Source: Eledone cirrhosa (Eukaryota). Taken from it: a stretch of DNA of 64,000 bases. The position numbers and the translations under genes are program-made. The DNA lies in contig OZ024746.1 of assembly GCA_964016885.1 (NCBI GenBank), positions 87,606,001-87,670,000 on the forward strand, read 5' to 3'. This document shows positions 27,814-40,297 of the stretch, one piece after another. The notes beneath the pieces were generated by a model. That model saw only the letters and a list, made by a program, of their open reading frames with translations, was not told where the DNA came from and did no database searches. Each line of letters opens with the position of its first letter. Position 1 is the first letter of the stretch.

Positions 27814-27995
27814 CAATTGTTTCTACATTTGGTACAAGGCCAGCAATTATCTCAGTGCATTACTGGTGCTTTATTTTATCGACCCCGTAAGGATGAAAGG
27901 CAAAGTGAACCACAGCGGGATTTGAACTCAGATCATAAAGGGCCGTAACTCTTTGCTGGCATCCGACCCTCTACCGATACTGCCAATCCAACGCC
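27814..27995 (-). mobile_element. SINE family A copy
   Basis: Family match. Confidence 0.9.
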
Positions 27996-28074
27996 CTATT
28001 TAATAAATTAAACCAAATTAATAATGGCCACTATTATCATCATACTCGATATAAAATCAGCCATGTAACTAACA

Positions 28075-28292
28075 ATAATGTTTTCTAGTATAGGCACAAG
28101 GCCAGTAATGTTTGGTGAGGAAAGTCGATTTAATCGAAACCAGTACGTTACTGGTGCTTTATTTTAACGGCCCCGTAAGGATGAAAGACAAAGTTAACTC
28201 CGGCGGGATTTGAACTCAGACCGTAAAGGGCCGTACCTCAATGCTGCACAATATGATGTCCGACTACCTACCGATACTGCCAATACACTGCC
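28075..28292 (-). mobile_element. SINE family A, longer subfamily variant
   Basis: Family match with an extra segment (tgtttggtgaggaaagtcgatttaatcga) near the tail. Confidence 0.85.
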
Positions 28293-28903
28293 CTCTTGTA
28301 TATAACGATAATGAAAGAAAAATTATAACTGAGGAAAATAGCAGCACATACCAGTTTAAAAAATCATCCGTCCCCACAGAATTTCTTAGTCGGCACCGAA
28401 AGGAAAGATACAACAGATTCAACAACAAAAGCAACAGCAGCAACGTTCACGACATCAAAACAACAGCAGCAAGAGCAATTAATTAGCTTTAAAAAAGTTT
28501 CAATTATCAGATATATTTAATTGAGAGGTAATGGGAAATAATTTTCCATTATTTCTAAGTTATTTGCTGGAAGAACAATAATATAATGTATTGGACTTTA
28601 GTATTTTTAGTAAACATCAATGTTCATTCAGTTGGAAGTAATATATATAGGAAGGCAGAGAGGCACCTCAATTTTGGATTATGCTTTGATTAATTCATTG
28701 GATTTTCAATGTAAATTATTCACAGTCAGTCACCAGACATATCTTTAACAATGCTTTTTCTCTTATCGTGGGGAAAATTATAATGTATATATCTATTTAC
28801 ATATGATTATCTAAATATCCGTTTCGTTGTAACGTTTTCTAGCACTCTACATCATCTCCTTTCCATTTGTTACACACAAATACTCATACACTCACACACA
28901 CAT

Positions 28904-28963
<60 letters not shown>

Positions 28964-29068
28964 ATAGGGAGAAAAAGACGATTATTAGGAAGAAAACACA
29001 TACACACATACATACAGACATATACATACATACATACATACATACATACATACGTACATACATACATA

Positions 29069-29480
29069 CATGGTGGCTGCCAACTTGTTTTCGAGTACGG
29101 CCACTACTTTATATCCATGTAGGAGAACCCCTACCGATGCGCTGAACGAGTGTGACTTTTTAGTCCAGCCAGCGACTTGAAAACTCTGGTACAAACACTA
29201 CACCTGTGACAATTACTGACACACAGTGCTGGGCCCATGGTACCATGTGACGACAAGTGCAGAGAGATCTCCAGATATAAAGCAATGCCTGTGCCGTGAA
29301 GCTTTTATAGTGAGCAAAGGCACTGCACAAAGCCAGTCCCACTCTCTTAACCAAGATGATATTTACCAAAAAGAAGAACAAGTCAACATCATTGGATACC
29401 ATCAGGGTTGCAGGTGTTATATCAGAGTTTTCCTTCTCCTAGAATTCTGCCTTGACAAAGGCTAAGGGGTCATCTCTCCC
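29069..29480 (-). mobile_element. Short non-autonomous RTE-derived element, 5'-truncated copy
   Basis: Near-identical reverse complement of 38660-39070; flanked on both sides by (CATA)n. Confidence 0.85.
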
Positions 29481-29934
29481 AACATACATACATACATACA
29501 TATATACATACATACATATATGATATATATGCTTAGGTGTATTTTTTCATTCATATAAAAATACCCTGAAAACAGAACGTAGAGACACGTTTCATATAGG
29601 TTATGTTACATACATTTTAAAATTGTTCTTTTGATATTCCTATAAGCAGATCGTTTATTTATTCGTGTCTGCCTTACTCCATATACCTCTAAATATATCT
29701 ATTGCTTGTTTATTCATATAAACGAACCAAAACAGACCATATTGAGAAACATGCATATATGTTTCTCAATAAGCAATGCTTACTTGTAAAACACTTTTTT
29801 TCTTTTCTTCTTTCGAATGTTGCTTTAAATGTATGATAGCGAAGAACAAGTCTGTCTCCGTGTGTCTGACGCTTTTCTCAATCGTAACAACACATATTTT
29901 CTAGTATTTATAAATAAATATGTATGTATATTTG

Positions 29935-30222
29935 TAGAGGTGCATGGCCGAGCGCTCAGGAGGGTGTACTTGCTGTCATTACGTCGTGGAATCGATCGGT
30001 GGGCTTAGTTGTATGTTGTTTTCTTGCTGAAAAGACTTCATTTCATATCGCTCTATTAAACTAAACTGAAACGGAGTATCGGCAATAGTTGGCGGCTTAA
30101 ACATGCGATGGGCAGTCGTCATATCCAGATGTCCAGAGGGCTATTTTACTCTCAGTCGCTTAACGCCTCGAAACCGGGACGAGGCCCGGCCTGACGAAAC
30201 GTATGGATAGAGACAGACTTTA
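29935..30222 (+). mobile_element. tRNA-derived SINE family B (CORE-like), degenerate
   Basis: tRNA-like head, degenerate aagacttcatttcatatcgctc block shared with 41577-41960, then tgcgatgg..gaaaccggg..ccggcctga. Confidence 0.55.
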
Positions 30223-30286
30223 GATTAAAGAGATATGTATATATGTATGTATGTATGTATTTATGTATGTATGAATGTGCATATGC

Positions 30287-30321
<35 letters not shown>

Positions 30322-30805
30322 TGTGTGTTTGCATAAGTCTGTCTGTCTCTGTGCGTGTCTGTGTTTGTGTGCATCTGTGTTTGGGCGTGTGAGTTTTTGT
30401 GTTTGTAAACAGAGAGAATCAGATAACGGGAATGGTACCCCGCTCCGATTATAAGAAATGATCAATTGAAATGATGCTACCATGTCTTTCCAAGAAAGCG
30501 GAGCTCGTGACTGACAACTTTTACACATGCGCTATTGCAATAGATTCTGCAGCATCTTCGACACATAAAACGTTGCTTATCGATGCCCAATAGCAACGAA
30601 AAATTGTTCTATTTTTGGTGTCTTTGTGTGTGTGTGTGTGGTGCTGGTCATCGACATTTTCTGGCACTGAAAACAAAATGAATTGAAAAAGTTCAGAATG
30701 TTATTGGATAATTCTATACCTGCCTTTACTAGTGTTCATTCTTGTGTGTTTAAGTGTAGCGAAATGTACAGTTCGTATCCTCTAGCATTATTTCAGATAT
30801 CGCTG

Positions 30806-30989
30806 GGCGGTGGATTGGCAGTATCAGTAGAGGGTCGGATGCCATGCTTTCCAGCATAGTTACGTCCCTTTACGATCTGAGTTCAAATCCCGCCGAGGTT
30901 GACTTTGCCTTTCATCCTTACGGGGTCGATAAAATAAAGTACCAGTAATGCACTGGGTAATTGCTGGCCTTGTGCCTAAAGTAGAAACA
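30806..30989 (+). mobile_element. SINE family A, full-length reference copy with 19-bp target site duplication
   Basis: Starts ggcggtggattggcagtatc; B-box gagttcaaatcc; TSD attatttcagatatcgctg at 30787-30805 and 30990-31008. Confidence 0.95.
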
Positions 30990-31559
30990 ATTATTTCAGA
31001 TATCGCTGCTTTCTTGGATAAGTTTGGAGCGTTGTTAGAAAATAACCTGCCAAAAAATGCTTGCTGCTTCATATTGGTATACACATACAATTTAAGGGTC
31101 ACCTACTTTCCACTGTCTAATATTATTGTTAAAAAAAAGTCACATACTGCCAGTTTGAATGTACGCAGATCTTAAAATGTTATAAATAGTCAAGAGACAA
31201 AATAAAACTATAGTTTTAAAATATCGACGTAGATACATTTATTGCAACTCGCGTTCTAGAAAATGGCAGCATGGAAGACTTTGGTGGAGGTTTCACCTTC
31301 TACTAAATTTGAAACGCAGAGCGGGAAGCGCTTTGTGCGGGAGTAGTGTTTTTCTGTTAGTTCTTGAACTGGAATATTACTGATTCTTTTTACCAATTAA
31401 TGCAATTTCAAGATTCATGTTAATGAGTGACTAAATATCGCCTGCACATTATGCAGCAATCATAATTGACAAGCCTCTATATTGAAGAACCCAATTGCAG
31501 AATAGGGATAATTTAATTACGACGTTACGGGAACACTTCATATAATATAATACCATTAT

Positions 31560-31737
31560 TGGTAGTATCAGTAGAGGGTCGGACATGCTTTCCAGCATAG
31601 TTATGTCCCTTTATAATCTGAGTTCAAATCTCTCTAAGGTTAACTTTACCTTTCATCCTTACGGGCTCGATAAAATAAAGTACCAGTAATGTACTGGGTA
31701 TTTGCTGGCCTTGTGTCAAAAGTAGAAACAATTATTT
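31560..31737 (+). mobile_element. SINE family A copy
   Basis: Family match. Confidence 0.88.
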
Positions 31738-33476
31738 CATTAATTACACTTAGTTGATTTAATGCTCAAATTGATGAAGAAGGGTTAGTTATACCCAAAT
31801 TCTTTGGGATGTTCAGTTGTAGAATGATGAATTTCTGCTGGGTTTTACTTTTTTCTCTTTGTAATCAGATTTATCTGACTATCACTAACATGTGGAAGTC
31901 AATTATTACAAACCGTTACGTGTCATTATATTTTAAATATCGAAATGCAGAAAGTTGATCTCATAACCTTGGGTTGGTATATCTTATCCTGAGGTGTTCT
32001 TACAGAATATTAAAATCCAAAATATTAACATCCAATACAAATATAGAAACTCAATTGAATCGCTTTCGCGAATGGTGTAGAATGTTTGCTAATAATATGT
32101 AAAAAAAATATTTCCAAATACCAAGTATGAGTGATGTTTATATATGTTACTGTAGTACACTGGTGAATATGCTCAGTAAATGGTTTCTCATTAGTCGGTA
32201 ATTGTGATAAGCTCCACGAACAATATACAGATATTTTCATGTCTATAAACATAGAGGCTACAATTTCACGAACTTTTAATTACACGAAAGAATCATTTCT
32301 AGATTTAGTTTAAAGAGAATCAACACAGGATGTATCCAGAATGCTAATACTCGTTTCACGAGATTTTTGCGTTACGGCAATTTCGGGAATATGATTGATC
32401 TATCTACTTAGTCTGTATAGATCTGAAGAAATTGTTTGATAATTAGCCCAGCGCGTCATTACATAAATCTGTATTAAATGTACGTATTACAGATAAGATG
32501 TAAAAGATGATTATTTCCATTTATGCTGCTATGATGTCAAAAGCAATTTCTAATAGCCAATATTCTTAACCTTATCAGGTTTGACATAGAAGGAAAAAAA
32601 ATGTAACTTTCATTTTCTTCCCGTTTATGCTTAAGTATATATTGCTTAACACCGTGATGGTGGTGTAAATATCCACATGCACGAGCTCAGGTTTATTCAC
32701 TATTTAAAGGCTCAAAGCAGATATTAAAATATTGCCTAACTGTCAACGGATATATATGTTCCATGTAACATGCATAAGTATATTTCTTTACAAAGGTTGA
32801 CATGCATGTAAGTAGATTTGACAAGGTGTTTAAGGATTGTCATCTTCCTACAGACATCGCATTTTTTTGCTTTAATCGGCCAACGCAAAAAGCATCTCTG
32901 TCAAGCTCCATCACATTTATGACGTGAAAAACCAAATGATGATTGCCTATATATCTGTGTTTGTATATATATATGCGTAGGTGTTTGTGTGCGTATATGC
33001 ATGAGTGTGCCAGTGTGCATGTACATATAAAGCTGTCAAAAGACACTCATGCACGCACACATGAGCATTCAATGACAAATATAGAATATACCTATCATAT
33101 TCTACCTTATATAAGTGTCTTCTATCAGATGCAAATTATAATGTATGCTCGTATAACAGTATATATATATATATATATAAAATGTGAAGAAGGAGCACAC
33201 GAGTTGGAATATATATATATGTAAATAGGGAAACAAGATTATTAGGTAGAAACATATTTATTTTTCCTTTATTTTTTCTATTTTTTCTGGGTTAGAAAAT
33301 GTTTATAACAAAATATTTTACTTTGTGTGAGCGTTATAATAAATGTTCGGTGAATCCATACATACATATATAAATATGTGTGCATGTATGTATATATATA
33401 TACATACTACTGTACGTCTGTATACATATATGTATGTACGTATACATACTTATATATATATATGTATTTATAAATA

Positions 33477-33555
<79 letters not shown>

Positions 33556-33756
33556 CGAAGAGTGTGTGGTAAGATACCAGATGGACCATAACGCACCAGT
33601 GTATTCAATACTTAGGGTAGTAGTGAGGGTAATACAAAGAGGCAGGACCCGGAGCGCTGAACTCCGGCTGTTTCAAGAACTGGATCCGAAATAACTCAGT
33701 TCGGATCTAGCTGTTGCAATGGCCGTAGCACGCCTGTTGGGGCCCTGATTCTTTCC

Positions 33757-33821
<65 letters not shown>

Positions 33822-33930
33822 TAAAATACTGGAGCATGTTGGAGTTAAACACCCTCTTCGTATTATAGAAATGACAGTAAAAGGTATAGCTCGATGTAGT
33901 TAAACGTTATTACTTCTTGTTGTTTGAATT

Positions 33931-33968
33931 GCCCTGATGAGTCCTCAATAGGACGAAACATTGTCGGC
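33931..33968 (+). ncRNA. Minimal type I hammerhead ribozyme with intact core
   Basis: GCC-CUGAUGA-GUCCU caau AGGAC-GAAAC AUU GUC-GGC followed by AAUAAA; lies in a module of about 200 bp (33818-34018) flanked by (TA)n on both sides. Confidence 0.88.
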
Positions 33969-34982
33969 TAATAAAGACTTTTGATGTATTGAAGGCTTCT
34001 TTGTTTTACTCTCTTAAATATATATATATATAGATATATATATATATATATATTATATATGCGTGTATGTATATGTGCATATGTGTGTGCTCCTGTGTAT
34101 GTGTGGAGGGAGCGCATTGCATGCTTGATATATAGTATATTGCTATGTATTTCATTATTATCCAAGACATGAAAGACATAGTCATGGTAGACTCGGCGCT
34201 AATTTTACCAGAAACGGAGATAGACGTAATGCATTGTTTTCTTGCAATCATTTGAGACATATTCAATGCATTCTTGTAGTCTCTATCGCCTTTATAAGGA
34301 TGAAAGTGAAAGTTTAGTGATCGTTCAATTTGAACGCAGAATATACATAAAATAATTTAAACAAAAATTATTTAGAATTAAGTGTGTTTAGCAATGTTGA
34401 TACTTTTCTTTGTTTTATTTAGTTTTTTTTTTCTGTAGATTTTTTAGTTTGGTTTTGCTATAAGAAAAATTCAAAACTGCCAGCTTCATGCCAATACAAT
34501 GTATCCGGAATCAGTATACATGTAAACCTGGATATTGATCGTGTTATCAATAGATCATTTTCAGACCGAACACAAACACAGCTTATTATTAAGAAGATAA
34601 AACAAGAATCTTTGGAAATCTGCTATGCTCTGTGTTGCCAAGAATCTAGCAGTTAATAAAATACCAGGATGAGGATTTAATCATGTTTTGTTAAATGAGA
34701 GGATATCTTATTCCTCAGGGTGGTCATTTCTTTTCTTAGAAGAATACTCCAGAGTGAAACCTTACAGGTCATCTTTACCTACTGAACAAAAAGAATGAAT
34801 AATATTTCAATAATTTGATTAAATTGAAAATTACCGGATTTGGTTTCATGTTGTTTTAGCAAATCATTGGTACACTTTATTCCGCCAGAAATTTATCTTG
34901 GAAACTATTATGGGGATTGAAATTCGGTAGTTGCCACTTTTGCGTCCAGGATACATTATTTTAAAGTAGTGACTATGTTAAA

Positions 34983-35169
34983 GGCGGTGAATTGACAGTA
35001 TCGGTACAGCGACTGGCACGATGCTTTGCAGCATAGAGTTATGATCCTTTGTGGTCAGAGTTCAAATCCCGTAGATGTTAACGTTGCCTTTCATCTTTAC
35101 GGAGTCGATAAACTAAAGCACCAGTAATGCACTGGAGTAATTGATGGCCTTGGGCCCAAACTAGAAACA
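34983..35169 (+). mobile_element. SINE family A, full length with TSD
   Basis: Direct repeat attattttaaagtagtga at 34955-34972 and 35170-35187. Confidence 0.9.
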
Positions 35170-36569
35170 ATTATTTTAAAGTAGTGATATCATTATCTGC
35201 AGAGTCGAGTATGATATGGGAGAAAGTTTAGCCACCATTAAATAATGAAACCCAAATTTGACTAGATACGAGCTTCAAGTTTAACTGCAATTAATTGTTT
35301 AATGAATTGAATACATGAAACTTTGGTATCTAACACCTTCCGACATTGAAAATTATTAGAAACACTGTCGATCAAATCCAAACCAAATATTACGTGCACT
35401 AAGTTTAACTGTTTCATATAAAATTGATGCTACATCACCTCCAGATGCTTGTGAATTTGGAAATTAATGATGCAATAATAATCAAGGTGTTCGAAATCTT
35501 CACCTTCATCGTCATTAATGGTCCATAGACATGAATTCTCTGTTTGGCACAAAGCCTACTAGAACACACAGTGGGACATAAATGAATGAACATAAAATCT
35601 TATTAATGTGTAGAATTTATGAAATGGGAATATGAAATGGGAGTTAAATGCAATATCAACCCCATCCCCTCCGATGGGATTTGAAATCGAACATGCTAAA
35701 TATCGCTAACCGCTCTGCAATATTGCACCATTTCACTAAGCCGCAAATTTGTAAGAATATTTTGTATTTTAAGAGTAAAAAACACTGAAAATAAAACAAA
35801 GAAGGGAAAACAATAATGATAAAAAAAACTTGATTGCCTTTTCAGTTCTCTATTACAAATTTGAGGATTAATATTACAATTGTTAAGGGAATATTTAGTG
35901 TTTCCATGTAACAAAAGTGTAGTCGGTGGGTGTTAACATGTGTGTGTATGTATGTGAATTCAAGTTTATATGTGTAAATGTATATGTGGGTGTGTATGTG
36001 TGTATATGCGTATGTGTGTCTGTGAGTGTGTGTGTGTGTATGTGCTACAAAAGCAATAGCAAACTTCTTAAGTAAAATTAAATTCATGCTTCAGTGCAAA
36101 CAAAACATAATGGATTTCACATGTTGGTTAGCGTTTTCTAAATTAGACACAAATTGGTCTCGCTAATTGGCAATTTTGTGGGAAATTTCGACGAGATTCT
36201 CGTTTGTGTTTTGAGTGTGAATTTTATATAATCCTATTTGGCAATTTTTTATTTATTTTTAAAATGTTTTCAAATGTTTTTGAAATGTGCTGCAGGTGGA
36301 GGGAAATAGTAAAAAAAAAAAGAAAATCATTTGGCATGCTCACATTATATCATCATCTGTTACATTTTTCTAACAACTTATAATCACTATGTATTGTTTC
36401 TAAATAATTAGGGAGTTAAGTTTCTAGTTACAATTTCTACATGATCACACATTAGCAGTTAGTGAGATAAAGGTTAGTGTAATATAACTGATACGGGAAT
36501 ATGAAAACAAAATTAACATAATATCTCCACGATGTTTAGCTCGAAGCGTCTGAAACAATGGTTACTGCC

Positions 36570-36790
36570 ATCTTATATACAACTGTTGTCTGTGTGTCCT
36601 CATTTGTGCAAAGTCTATACAAATCCACATTTCTTTACGGATTGACTTCAAACTTGCATTTATATATTCCTTGCGGACGAAAGATACTAACTGCGGCTTT
36701 TATTTCTCAATTTTCTCTTGTTAAAGGGGTGTTAGGCGCCGGTTGTCGATTCCGTCGAGCCCTTATAATATCTGTCTGTATGTCTGATTG
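36570..36790 (+). mobile_element. Possible non-autonomous Helitron-like 5' fragment
   Basis: tcttatata..tgtctgtgtgt..acggattgacttcaaactt resembles 5' ends of such elements. Confidence 0.35.
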
Positions 36791-36843
36791 TCTGCATAAC
36801 GACATTCTGATGAACACGTCATTACTGACGTATTATCTTCGCT

Positions 36844-36907
<64 letters not shown>

Positions 36908-36939
36908 TTTATATATATATACATATATACTTATATATA

Positions 36940-37525
36940 CATGGGGAGGGTCATATTTGTGTAATATTGCCAGAATTAATAACAGAACACACTCACTGTT
37001 TGGTTGGTTTTAGCTTCTGTGTCTTTTATATCAGTTAATTTAATTCATTCGGTCCTCAATGTTGCCATTGACTGACCAACGGTCAAAAATACAGATACAG
37101 TATAGACTCAAACACATATATATAGTCTATAAAAGTTCATTCGTTGCACATCTGCAACATCGTCAGTGTTGCTATTATGTTTCCTCCCGTTGCATTGTAT
37201 GTTTACGCCATCTTTATTTAGTGTGTTTATTTATTTATTTATTTATTTGTTTATTTTTTTGTCTTCTCTGCGCATGCGTTTGCGTATAGTGTTTTGTTTG
37301 ACGCGTGTTCTTGTTCGGGTGACTGTGTATTGGTTAATGTATTCTATCTTAGTTTACTAGTGTGTGTTTATATGTGTTTGTTGTTATTGTGCTTGTGTGT
37401 GTATGTATCTATTTATTCATTTATCTATCTATCTATTTATACTTCTCTTAAGTCAGTGTTGTTTGTTTGGGTGTTGTGTTATTCCATTCATTTTTTTCTC
37501 TTTAGTCTTGGCCTTCTAAGTTCTC
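36940..37525 (-). mobile_element. PLE 3' UTR/pLTR copy, related to 61530-61953
   Basis: gggagggtcat..aacagaacacactcactg shared with 40298-40890 and the reverse complement of 61900-61953; HHR-like CUGACGA-UGUUGCA gaug UGCAAC-GAAU at about 37130-37170. Confidence 0.75.
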
Positions 37526-37559
37526 TCTCTATATATACATATATACATATATACATATC

Positions 37560-38063
37560 AAGTTGATCACTTTGACCGACCAGTCTGTTGGGCGTCCATT
37601 CGGCGCCGCTGGTCACAGCACGCCTTTCATTCCTCTCTCGATCGTGCTTTCCTCATCCATGTAGTCGCAATCGTATTCCTAAAATCGTAACTCCACCCCT
37701 CGTGGAGGCCTTCCGAGTGATCGTTTCGGCTCGCTCTGGTACCACTCGGCAACTGCGTGGGTCCACCGATTATCGGTGAACCGTGATAACTTCCCTCACG
37801 CCGGACTTCTGTCTGATGGCTTCGCTCCTGATATGCTCTCTCAACGAGATACCTAGCATTGATCGCTCCATGGCTCTTTGAGCCGTTACCAGCCTCTGCT
37901 CTTCTCTCTTCTCTTCGTTGTAGCCCAAGTTTCACTGCCACATAACATTTGAGGTAAAACTGTGCGGAGAGTATGGGCCTGATGGAAGGCGTTCAACGGC
38001 ATGAGGGATGTGCTCAAGGGGAGGTTGAACAAGAGGACTCACGCCAACCTCTTTAATAGCACA
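37560..38063 (-). mobile_element. RTE-clade LINE 3' fragment with an inverted 5' segment
   Basis: Minus 37965-37560 reads VLPQMLCGSETWATT..QRLVTAQRAMERSMLGISLREHIRSEAIRQKSGV; plus 37966-38063 reads WKAFNGMRDVLKGRLNKRTHANLFNST, the directly upstream part of the same ORF. Confidence 0.85.
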
Positions 38064-38143
38064 ATCAACAACACATATACATATATATATATATGTATAT
38101 ATATATTTATATATTTAATGTATAATAAACAATACAGTATTAT

Positions 38144-38215
38144 TACCTCATTACCAGAGGTTTCCCGAATAAGATGTATACAAGACACGTTCGCATTCGT
38201 TCATCAGACAAGGCA
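38144..38215 (-). ncRNA. Type I hammerhead ribozyme with intact core
   Basis: Stem I UGCCUUGU/AUGAGGUA (with G-U pairs); CUGAUGA; stem II CGAAU/AUUCG; GAAA; stem III ACC ucu GGU; GUA triplet. Confidence 0.8.
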
Positions 38216-38393
38216 GCTTAAAACATAGTAAACTATTTGAAAATCTCCCCAAGAAAGGCAAAAGTTTAACGTGCAAAAAAAACATAAATAAAAGTTATAA
38301 TACAAGAGATGCGTAAATATTTTGCTCTGTAACTTACAAAGGGCACTCTTCATTCCTCTGAATGTTTAAATGTTCAACGGAAACGTCAATACT

Positions 38394-38427
<34 letters not shown>

Positions 38428-38460
38428 TGTATGTATGTATGTATGTATGTATGTGTGTAT

Positions 38461-39070
38461 GTCAGGTCACCAGTTGGTGCTACTGGTAACATGTATCCCA
38501 GTACAACCTGTCTCATGGTCGGGTCGTTGGCGACTAAACTGGCAACCCCACCAAGGTTTCTTGGTGAGGAGGGTGACTTTGGACATCCTGCAGGACTAAA
38601 AACAAGACCTGTCAAAGGGCAAAGGAGCTCTTAAGAGTCAATGGCCATCCAAAATCACAGGGAGAGATGACCCCTTAGCCTTTGTCAAGGCAGAATTCTA
38701 GGAGAAGGAAAACTCTGATATAACATCTGCAACCCTGATGGAATACAATGATGTTGACTTGTTCTTCTTTTTGGTAAATATCATCTTGGTTAAGAGAGTG
38801 GGACTGGCTTTGTGCAGTGCCTTTGCTCACTATAAAAGCTTCACGGCACAGGCATTGCTTTATATCTGGAGATATCTCTGCACTTGTCATCACATGTACC
38901 ATGGGCCCAGCACTATATGTCAATAATGGTTACAAGTGGGGTATTTGTGCCAGAGTTTTCAAGTCGCTGGCTGGACTAAAAACTCACACTCGTTCAGCGC
39001 ATCGGTAGGGGTTCTCCTACATGGATATTAAGTAGTGGCCGTACTCGAAAACAAGTTGGCAGCCACCATG
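38461..39070 (+). mobile_element. Bipartite non-autonomous RTE-derived element of about 610 bp
   Basis: 5' part has the RTE 5'UTR-like aggagaaggaaaactctga; 3' part encodes a C2H2-like [20 protein letters not shown] and ends ggcagccaccatg(tatg)n; (TATG)n on both sides. Confidence 0.75.
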
Positions 39071-39101
39071 TATGTATGTATGTATGTATGGAGATCTCTC
39101 T

Positions 39102-39305
39102 GGAGATCTCTCTGCACTTGTCGTCACATGGTACCATGTGCCCAGCACTATGTGTCAATAATTGTCACAAGTGTAGTGTTTGTACCAGAATTTTCAAGTC
39201 GCTGGCTGGACTAAAAAGTCACACTCGTTCAGCGCATCGGTAGGAGTTCTCCTACATGGATATAAAGTAGTGGCCGTACTCGAAAAGGAGTTGGCAGCCA
39301 CCATG
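39102..39305 (+). mobile_element. Tandem 5'-truncated copy of the same RTE derivative
   Basis: Near-identical to 38868-39070; sits in the (TATG)n tail of the first copy. Confidence 0.85.
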
Positions 39306-39572
39306 TATGTATGTATGTATGTATGTATGTATGTATGTATGTATGTATGTATGTATGTATCTATGTATATACATATGTATATACATATGTATGTATGTAT
39401 GTATCTATGTATATACACATATATATATATATATGTATATATAAATAATATATATATATGTATATATAAATAATATATATATATATATATATATATAAAT
39501 AAGTAATATATATATATATATATAAATAAGTATGTATACGTACATACAAACACGTATACAGTCGTACAGTAG

Positions 39573-39610
<38 letters not shown>

Positions 39611-39630
39611 CATGCACACATATATATATA

Positions 39631-39977
39631 TATGTACGTATGGATTCACCGAACATTAATTATAATGCTCGGTGTGTTTGTAAACAAACATCCCGAATTA
39701 AGCCGTACAGTGTCTAGCAACCATCGTTGCTCATTTGTTCAACACTGACAAAGGAACGCTGTACTAGTTTCAAGCTTATTAGCTATCGTCAGCCATGTAT
39801 ACCTTCCTGCCAGATGGTTGAACGTCTGAAAGTATATACTTTCGTTATGCATATTAACGGCTGAGCATCCTAATTTGCATATCGATTGAGTTAATCGGCC
39901 GAGGTACGGAAAACGAACGATTGTTTACAAACACACCTAGCATTATAATAAATGTTCGGTGAATCCATACGTACATA
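39631..39977. mobile_element. MITE-like element with terminal inverted repeats of about 57 bp
   Basis: tatgtacgtatggattcaccgaacatt.attataatgct.ggtgtgtttgtaaacaa versus ttgtttacaaacacacctagcattataataaatgttcggtgaatccatacgtacata; a further half copy at about 33330-33370. Confidence 0.82.
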
Positions 39978-40075
39978 TATATGTACGTAATTTCATTTCT
40001 CACTCTTAGTACGGCTGTTACTTAAATATAAGTATGTATACGTACATACATACACGTACACATACGTACAGTAGC

Positions 40076-40208
<133 letters not shown>

Positions 40209-40209
40209 C

Positions 40210-40251
<42 letters not shown>

Positions 40252-40297
40252 GCTACAGTTCGTATGTGTACGTGTATGTATGTACGTATATATATAT

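Noticed and set aside
30806-30900. tRNA gene
   Set aside because: A and B boxes are present but there is no cloverleaf; it is the head of a multi-copy SINE with TSDs.
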